Notes under the pieces: model-generated
What the model saw: only the letters and a program-made list of their open reading frames with translations
Database searches by the model: none
What the model was told of the DNA's origin: nothing
Program-made: the position numbers and the translations under genes
Shown here: one piece after another, positions 57,455-64,000 of the stretch
How the letters are laid out: each line of letters opens with the position of its first letter
Numbering within the stretch: the first letter of the stretch is position 1
Source: Pirellula sp.
GTDB taxonomy: Bacteria; Planctomycetota; Planctomycetia; Pirellulales; Pirellulaceae
NCBI GenBank assembly: GCA_044359895.1
Contig: JBIKLJ010000001.1
Span: 23,508 to 87,507 of the forward strand
Direction: 5' to 3'
DNA: 64,000 bases

Positions 57455-58678
57455 ATGAAGTGGGTCATCATTATTCCGGACGGATGCGCGGATTATCCGG
57501 TCGAAGCCTTGGGTGGCAAGACGCCCCTTCAAGCAGCCAACTTGCCATCGATGGATGCGATCGCAAGGGTTGGATGTGTGGGGCAAAGCGACAACGTGCC
57601 GCTCCACTTTCCTGCGGGAAGCGAGGTCGCCAACATGTCACTGCTTGGCTACGACCCGAACCAGTTCTTTTCAGGACGAGCGCCCATTGAAGCGGCTGCT
57701 CAGGGAATTCAATTGGGGCCACATGATTTTGCCATTCGATGCAACTTGGTCACGGTACAAGATCAAATCATGGTCGACTTCACCGCGGATCATATTTCCA
57801 GTGCGGAAGCAGCGACCTTGATGAAAGCGGCTCAAGATGCTTTCGGAGGAACTTGTTGGGAATTTGTGCCAGGAGTTAGCTACCGTAATTTGTTGATCTA
57901 CCGCGGCAACGCATCGCAAGGGGCTCCGTTCTCCGGCGATACCAGAACCAGCGCGCCGCATGACTTGACCGACGGAAGCGTTCTTGATGATTTCCCGAAA
58001 GGGCCTGGCTGCGACTTGCTTTGTGATTTGATGGCCAAAAGCGAGCCTTTGTTTGCCAATCACCCGGTGAACTTGGCGCGAGCGGCGAATGGCAAACGGG
58101 TTGCGACCACATTATGGTTATGGGGGTTGGGTCGAACACCGCAATTGGCTTCGTTTGAATCAAGATTTGGAGCACGCGGGGTCATGATCACCGCCGTCGA
58201 TTTGCTTCGGGGTTTGGGAGCTTTGGTGGGCTGGGATCGCATCGAAGTAGAAGGAGCGACTGGCTACTTAGATACCAATTACGCTGGCAAAGGCTCGGCT
58301 GCCATCGAAGCCTTGAAGTCCTACGATGTTGTGTGTGTCCATATCGAAGCACCGGATGAAGCGAGCCATGAAGGTCGCGTCGACGAGAAAGTGAAAGCCC
58401 TGGAATCGATTGACAAACACATTGTTGGACCGGTGCACGAAGCTCTAGAGCAGTATGGTGAGTATCGAATCCTTGTCATGCCAGACCATCCGACGCCTGT
58501 TTCCACCAAGAAGCACTCGCACGGTTTTGTTCCCTTCGTGACTTGTGGATCTGGGGTCGCAAAGGATGGTAGCGAAACCTATGACGAAATTGCGGCAGCG
58601 AATTCTGGGTTTCAGCTTCAGAACGGCTGGGAATTGATTCCCAAATGGATGCAGTCGACCGATCGCTTCGGCAAGTAG
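57455..58678 (+). CDS. apgM: Cofactor-independent phosphoglycerate mutase-like protein (archaeal-type; proposed homoserine kinase subfamily)
   Basis: IIPDGCAD.P, GSEVANMSLLGY, GRAPIEAA, HIEAPDEASH and MPDHPTP...H motifs. It lies between hom and aspartate kinase. Confidence 0.9.
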   Translation: MKWVIIIPDGCADYPVEALGGKTPLQAANLPSMDAIARVGCVGQSDNVPLHFPAGSEVANMSLLGYDPNQFFSGRAPIEAAAQGIQLGPHDFAIRCNLVTVQDQIMVDFTADHISSAEAATLMKAAQDAFGGTCWEFVPGVSYRNLLIYRGNASQGAPFSGDTRTSAPHDLTDGSVLDDFPKGPGCDLLCDLMAKSEPLFANHPVNLARAANGKRVATTLWLWGLGRTPQLASFESRFGARGVMITAVDLLRGLGALVGWDRIEVEGATGYLDTNYAGKGSAAIEALKSYDVVCVHIEAPDEASHEGRVDEKVKALESIDKHIVGPVHEALEQYGEYRILVMPDHPTPVSTKKHSHGFVPFVTCGSGVAKDGSETYDEIAAANSGFQLQNGWELIPKWMQSTDRFGK

Positions 58679-58760
58679 CTCGGGAAATAGAATAGATCGC
58701 ACACGTACTTTCTCTCCTTACCTGTTCCAACATACCTAGTTCCAACACTCAAGATTTGAA

Positions 58761-60539
58761 ATGCCTTTGATTGTCCAAAAATTTGGTGGCACAAGTGTTG
58801 CTACTCCAGAAAAAATCCAAGCGGCGGCTCGCAAAGCTATTCGCGCGCAACAGGAAGGGAATCAAGTCGTTGTGGTGGTGAGCGCGATGGGGCACAACAC
58901 CGATCATTTGATCGAACTGGCAAAGCAGGTGAACGATGAGCCTCCGGCGAGGGAGATGGACATGTTGCTCAGCACGGGCGAGCAAGTGAGTGTGGCGTTG
59001 ATGGCCATGGCGGTCCATCGTTTTGGCCACAAGGCCGTCTCATTAACGGGCGCTCAAATGGGGATCCTAACGGATAACTCATTCACAAAAGCTCGCATTA
59101 AAACGATTTCGACGGAACGAATTCGGCGTTTGCTCGAAGCTGGCAACATCGTGATTGCGGCTGGCTTTCAAGGTGTAGATGACGACCTCAACATCACAAC
59201 CCTAGGTCGTGGCGGGAGCGATACCACCGCGGTTTCGCTGGCAGCGGTCTTGCGAGCTGATGCCTGCGAGATTTATACCGATGTCGATGGTGTGTACACG
59301 ACAGATCCTCGGCTGCTGCCCGAAGCCAGGCAGATGGGACAGATTAGCTACGACGAAATGCTGGAGCTGGCTAGCTTGGGCGCGGGGGTGATGCATAGTC
59401 GATCCATCGAGTTTGCCAAAAAATTTGATGTTCCGATTTGCGTGCGCAGCAGTTTCTCCGATGCGCCCGGTTCGATGATTGTCTCCGAACCTGAATCGTC
59501 ATCGGTACCGGTTTGCGGCGCTGCGTTGACCAAGGATGAAGCTCGAATAACCATCTTAGGTGTACCTGATAAACCAGGTTCTAGCTTCGAGATCTTCAAG
59601 CGTCTTGCTGATCGTAAGATCACGGTCGACATGATTGTGCAAAACATTGGCCAAGGAGATCTTGCCGATATATCGTTTACGGTTCCCAACGAAGAACTAA
59701 AAGATGCCTTGCGCGCGGTCAACGAAGCGGCCAAGGTTGTCGGTGCCTCTAGCGTCACCCACGACGACGCAGTCGCAAAAATTTCTGTCGTCGGGTTTGG
59801 TATGGCTGCTCAAACCGGTGTTGCCCAGCGCATGTTTGCTGCGTTAGCTGTCGCTGGAATCAACATCCAAATGATCACGACCAGCGAAATCAAAATCAGC
59901 GTGCTCGTGCAGCGTTCTGAAGCGACGGCCGCATTGCGAGCTGTCCACCAAGGCTTTGGATTGCATCTGAAACCTTCGGATGCAAACGTCTGGCGCATTG
60001 GCCAGAAGGGAGCGAGCGACTTGAGCGCCAGTGACATCATCGAACGATTGCGAAATTCTAATATGGAGCAACTGACTCTGCTGGATATTTCTATGGTCGG
60101 TGACCAAGCACGCGTTACCTTATCCGGGGTTCCTGATACACCAGGTCTTGCCGATAAGGTCTTCAAGCAAGTGGCAGAAGCAGGTGTGTTCGTGGATATG
60201 ATTGTCCAAAGTTGCGATGGCTACCAAGGGGAGACAAGCATCAGCTTCACGGTTCCCGAAGAACAAATGGATAAATGCTTGAAGGTATTTGAGTCGATGG
60301 ACTACAAGTTTCGCAAAATCAGTGGCTCGATGGACATCGCAAAGTTATCGGTCAGCGGCATTGGGCTAAGAAGTCACACAAGCGTTGCAATCGCCATGTT
60401 CAAGTCGTTGGCTGATTCGGGCATTAATGTCTTGATGATCAACACGAGCGAATTGCGAGTCAATGTCGTGGTGGATGGCAAGCAAGGCCAGAAGGGGCTC
60501 CAATGTCTACAAAGTACCTTTGCAGCTTCCTTGCTGTAG
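58761..60539 (+). CDS. lysC: Aspartate kinase, long form with duplicated ACT region
   Basis: VQKFGGTSV, VVSAMG.NTD, TTLGRGGSDTTA and IYTDVDGVYT.DPR motifs; the ITTSEIKIS / INTSELRVN blocks appear twice. Confidence 0.97.
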   Translation: MPLIVQKFGGTSVATPEKIQAAARKAIRAQQEGNQVVVVVSAMGHNTDHLIELAKQVNDEPPAREMDMLLSTGEQVSVALMAMAVHRFGHKAVSLTGAQMGILTDNSFTKARIKTISTERIRRLLEAGNIVIAAGFQGVDDDLNITTLGRGGSDTTAVSLAAVLRADACEIYTDVDGVYTTDPRLLPEARQMGQISYDEMLELASLGAGVMHSRSIEFAKKFDVPICVRSSFSDAPGSMIVSEPESSSVPVCGAALTKDEARITILGVPDKPGSSFEIFKRLADRKITVDMIVQNIGQGDLADISFTVPNEELKDALRAVNEAAKVVGASSVTHDDAVAKISVVGFGMAAQTGVAQRMFAALAVAGINIQMITTSEIKISVLVQRSEATAALRAVHQGFGLHLKPSDANVWRIGQKGASDLSASDIIERLRNSNMEQLTLLDISMVGDQARVTLSGVPDTPGLADKVFKQVAEAGVFVDMIVQSCDGYQGETSISFTVPEEQMDKCLKVFESMDYKFRKISGSMDIAKLSVSGIGLRSHTSVAIAMFKSLADSGINVLMINTSELRVNVVVDGKQGQKGLQCLQSTFAASLL

Positions 60540-60599
60540 TGCGATGAATGCCGCTGGAGTGCAACTAATGCCAAGGAGTGGGCAATGCACGGGCCCGCA

Positions 60600-61628
60600 T
60601 TATTTGATCGGGATCAGTGGGAATTGGTAGCTTGGCCCTAAACAACAGTCTTGGTCGCCAATTCCTGCAGCCTTTTTGTGTTCCGTATTCAGATAGGGAT
60701 GATCAACATGCACTGCGTCGATACGATCGACTCGGACGTATCGTATCTGTCCGTTGGCAAAGAGAATGTTGGCCGCGTTGCGTCCGTGCACCACCGGACC
60801 ATTACCACTCGATTCCATGGACAGAATGGTATCGCCGATCAAAGCAAAATTGTTGTCGGATTCCATCGTCGGGGTGATGTACTGTCCGCTCAAAACGTAT
60901 CCTAGGTTGTAGGCGTAGTTTCCACCTGCCGTGTAGCGTAAGTTAGTTCGAGTCGAAGGCGAAGATGACAGGAATGTGATTGTCGTTGGGATAGGTTGAT
61001 CCAAGTCAATCGACTCGGTTGCGGGGCACCAGACGCGTTCGGAGGATGCCAGCAGACCGGCATCTTTGAGTCGCATGGGATAAATTCCAGCAAAAGACAA
61101 AGGACCATGGATATCGATATTCGGAACTCGTCTGTCGGTGTTACCGTAGGCAAACGATTGAATGGCTTGGCCAAGTTCACGCAGATTGGCGGCGCAAGTA
61201 ACGCGTCGCGCAGACTCCCGCGAAACAAAGATCGAGGGTACGACAACGCAGAGAATAATAATTCCAGCAGCCAGGGCAACCAAACTATCAAGCCAAGCGA
61301 GTTGGGTGGCGGGTGCGCTTTCGAATGCGGGCACTGTCATCGAACCCGCAGGCGCCAACGCTTGATCCGAATTAGCGATCAGGGCCATCGTCGATTCCGT
61401 AAGGTCGCGTGGTGGGTTGAAATCCGATGGTGCTAGATCCGTACTGTCCGGTGTGCAATCCAAAGCATCGCGAGGTTCGAACAAATCCTTCAGATCAAGA
61501 ACTCTTTGAGCAACGACAGGGTCCAAGGACAGCCGCAGGGCGATCTTTTGTTGTTCGTCTTCTGGAAGTGCTTCTAGCAAAAAGCCCAGCAATGTTTCGT
61601 CGGAGATATGCTCGTTGTTGCGGCCCAT
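60600..61628 (-). CDS. Putative anti-sigma factor fused to a DUF1559-like domain
   Basis: N-terminal ETLLGFLLEALPEDEQQKI (anti-sigma-like helix), then a TM segment with SRESARRVTCAANLRELGQAI, and C-terminal HGRNAANILFANGQIRYV. It lies directly downstream of the ECF sigma gene. Confidence 0.7.
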   Translation of the reverse strand: MGRNNEHISDETLLGFLLEALPEDEQQKIALRLSLDPVVAQRVLDLKDLFEPRDALDCTPDSTDLAPSDFNPPRDLTESTMALIANSDQALAPAGSMTVPAFESAPATQLAWLDSLVALAAGIIILCVVVPSIFVSRESARRVTCAANLRELGQAIQSFAYGNTDRRVPNIDIHGPLSFAGIYPMRLKDAGLLASSERVWCPATESIDLDQPIPTTITFLSSSPSTRTNLRYTAGGNYAYNLGYVLSGQYITPTMESDNNFALIGDTILSMESSGNGPVVHGRNAANILFANGQIRYVRVDRIDAVHVDHPYLNTEHKKAAGIGDQDCCLGPSYQFPLIPIK

Positions 61629-61696
61629 CGAAGCGATAGATAGTTCCGAAAGGAAAAAGTGGGAGGGGTCAAGTCACTCGTTGCGACAGCAACGAT

Positions 61697-62449
61697 TTAC
61701 TTCTTAGGAGTCTCTGCGTCAGGACTCATTTCATGGGTACGCAACCAGATCTGATTTAGTTTGCGAACCGCAGTAAAAACTCGACTCTTTACGGTACCGA
61801 TTGGAATCTGAAGAATTTCGGCGATATCCGAATACTTCATGCCCTGATAGAAAGCCAGCTGAATCAGTTGTTGCGTCGGTTCGCTCAGTTCTTGCACTGC
61901 CATGCGAACTCGGGCTCCGGTTTCCTTTTGAATTGCCAGTTGGTCTGGACTTTCACTTGAGCTTTGGAGACGCTGCGCTAGCGAGTCATCAGAATCGCTT
62001 CTGGCGGACTTGGCGTCCAAACTGACCGCCTGATGCCGTCGGTTTCTTCGCATGAAGTCGATGCTTTTGTTGCTGGCAATCGCGTACAGCCACGGGCGGA
62101 ATCGGCGTCCTTTTTCAAATTGATCGATGCGAAGATGGACACTTAGAAAAGTTGCTTGGAAGACGTCTTCTGCCTGTTGTGCGTCCCCGACGAATCGACG
62201 CAAGAAGGTGAATAGTTCGCGTTCATAGCGTTTAACCAGTTGGGCAAAGACGTCGGGACTTCGAGATTGAAGGTAGGACTCGACCAACTGTTCGTCGGTA
62301 ACGTCTGAGAGCGCTTCGGAGCTAGGAATGGGCAAAAAGGAAGTGTCGGGCTCCAGCCCTTCTTCGATGCACGTATTCAAGTCCGTTGGCTGGTTCATGA
62401 TCGCACTTCCTAGAGGTCGTTTTAAAAAATCATCCACCGTACAACTCAC
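61697..62449 (-). CDS. ECF sigma-70 family RNA polymerase sigma factor
   Basis: AEDVFQATFL, FRPWLYAIASN..IDF.R (region 2), and LAFYQGMKYSDIAEIL.IPIGTVKSR (region 4). Confidence 0.96.
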   Translation of the reverse strand: MSCTVDDFLKRPLGSAIMNQPTDLNTCIEEGLEPDTSFLPIPSSEALSDVTDEQLVESYLQSRSPDVFAQLVKRYERELFTFLRRFVGDAQQAEDVFQATFLSVHLRIDQFEKGRRFRPWLYAIASNKSIDFMRRNRRHQAVSLDAKSARSDSDDSLAQRLQSSSESPDQLAIQKETGARVRMAVQELSEPTQQLIQLAFYQGMKYSDIAEILQIPIGTVKSRVFTAVRKLNQIWLRTHEMSPDAETPKK

Positions 62450-62600
62450 GATGGATTTTAGGGCTGCTCTTCGGGCCCAAATATTAAATTTTGGTACTTT
62501 TCAAACAGACGATCGTCTTAAGACTGACTGCATTGTAATCGACGGGGGAGACGGAAGTCAAAGAGATCCATCTCTCGGCCGGCTAATTCCTCAGTAATGA

Positions 62601-62628
62601 TTGACAGCGCTCCGAGGGTTGTTATTCT
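62601..62628 (+). promoter_or_regulatory. Probable sigma70 promoter for the permease gene
   Basis: TTGACA, a 16-nt spacer, then TATTCT preceded by TGn. Confidence 0.55.
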
Positions 62629-62684
62629 CGCCTAAGTATGGTAAATCGGCATTTTTTTATCGTGATGAGAGCGGCTTGAAATCA

Positions 62685-64000
62685 ATGGGACGGAATTATC
62701 GATGGGCGGCCGCGGGCGATTGGAATGCTTATTTTGGCTTGTTGCTAGATAACATCGCTGGTCTTGTTTTGATGGTCGGGTTGTTGGTGGGTGGTTTCGG
62801 CATTCCCGCGGACTTCGTTTTGACTCGAATGGTGCCGGGGACCGCGGTCGGAGTTTTGGTTGGCGATTTGCTTTACTTTTGGCTTGCTTTGCGTTTGGCG
62901 AAAAAATCCGGCAGATCGGATGTGACTGCCATGCCGCTTGGTTTGGACACTCCCAGTATTTTTGGGATCTCCATTTTTGTGGTGGGTGCAGCCTACACGT
63001 CGACTCTGCAGTCCGGAAAAACGCCAGAAGAGGCGGCGAACTTTGCTTGGCAGATTGGAATCTGCTGCATGGTTTATTCGAGCTTGCTGAAGTTCATTTG
63101 TTCCTTCGGTGGAAGCTGGATCCGCAAGGTCATTCCGCGAGCGGGATTGTTTGGATCGCTTGCTTCGATCGCGTTGGTCATTATCAGTTTTGTCCCGTTG
63201 GTCGACATCGTTCGCGAGCCTTTGCCAGGCTTGATCGCATTGTCGATTGTCCTAACCAGCTTGATTGGCCGTGTTCCTTTGCCTGGGAAGATTCCTGGAA
63301 CATTGATGGCTTTGATGGTTGGTGGCGCTGTTCATTACCTGCAGCGGATGGTCATGGGTGAGCCCTTGCTTTCGGGCGATTTTGTTTTGACCGCTGGCTA
63401 CCCTTCGACTGCGTGGATGGAGACCTTTGGATTCGGTTGGTGGCAACAAATGGGCACCGCTGCTAACTACTTACCTGTGGTGCTGCCGTTCGCACTTGCG
63501 ACGGTTGTCGGCGGGATCGATTGCACGGAATCCGCGGCTGCGGCTGGGGACGAGTATTCCACGGGGCACGTGTTGGGGATCGAAGCGTTCGCGACTTTGG
63601 CGGCTGGAATTTGTGGAGGCGTGATTCAGACGACACCTTACATTGGGCATCCCGCATACAAAGCGATGGGCGGACGAGCCGCGTATGTACTTGGGACTGC
63701 ATTGACGATTGGCGCTATTGGGCTGATCGGCGGCTTCAGTTATTTTTACTTGTTGGTGCCTAAGTCGGTGGTATACCCTATTCTCATTTTTGTGGGGCTA
63801 GAGATATCGGCACAAAGCTTTCTTGCAACACCCAAGCGCCACTATCCTGCTTTGGTTTTAGCCTGTGTGCCGGCCCTTGGATTCCTTGCCTATCTTTTTG
63901 TAGACCAGGTGCTTGGAGGGTTCGGAGTTCTTTCGGTCCAGAATTCGGTCACACTGAGACCGGACGTTCAGCAAGCAGTAGACACTTTCGGAAAATTAGC
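62685..64000 (+). CDS. NCS2-like (xanthine/uracil/vitamin C) permease, runs off the window
   Basis: Hand translation from ATG 62685 gives MGRNYRWAAAGDWNAYFGLLLDNIAG..VTAMPLGLDTPS. It has many hydrophobic segments and no stop before the window end. Confidence 0.8.
   Translation, partial: MGRNYRWAAAGDWNAYFGLLLDNIAGLVLMVGLLVGGFGIPADFVLTRMVPGTAVGVLVGDLLYFWLALRLAKKSGRSDVTAMPLGLDTPSIFGISIFVVGAAYTSTLQSGKTPEEAANFAWQIGICCMVYSSLLKFICSFGGSWIRKVIPRAGLFGSLASIALVIISFVPLVDIVREPLPGLIALSIVLTSLIGRVPLPGKIPGTLMALMVGGAVHYLQRMVMGEPLLSGDFVLTAGYPSTAWMETFGFGWWQQMGTAANYLPVVLPFALATVVGGIDCTESAAAAGDEYSTGHVLGIEAFATLAAGICGGVIQTTPYIGHPAYKAMGGRAAYVLGTALTIGAIGLIGGFSYFYLLVPKSVVYPILIFVGLEISAQSFLATPKRHYPALVLACVPALGFLAYLFVDQVLGGFGVLSVQNSVTLRPDVQQAVDTFGKL

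Overview
A 64 kb chromosomal segment from a Planctomycete, most likely Pirellulaceae-like. This is inferred from the DUF1559 prepilin-like genes, PVC-type heme proteins, DUF1570 and planctomycete-type conserved hypotheticals. Most of the window is housekeeping (argG, ilvNC, rplY-pth-rpsF-ssb-rplI, purC, aspS, aroDE fusion, guaA, ettA, hom-apgM-lysC) mixed with lineage-typical accessory genes. I found no tRNA, rRNA, intact IS, prophage or CRISPR array. Notable items: (1) a collapsed CRISPR-Cas scar of about 0.7 kb at 3.9-4.55 kb, made of WYL, cas6 and cas1 fragments; (2) a GT2 glycosyltransferase coupled to a BshC-like ligase; (3) an ECF sigma factor followed by an anti-sigma-like protein fused to a DUF1559-like domain; (4) three DUF1559 plus small-lipoprotein cassettes, two of them a tandem duplication; (5) a degenerate GGDEF protein with FliM/CheZ-like acidic motifs; (6) a pyrophosphatase with a signal-peptide-like N-terminus; (7) an O-GlcNAc-transferase-like pseudogene; (8) a REP-like repeat family at three sites. 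All family assignments come from motif recognition by eye; no database search was run.
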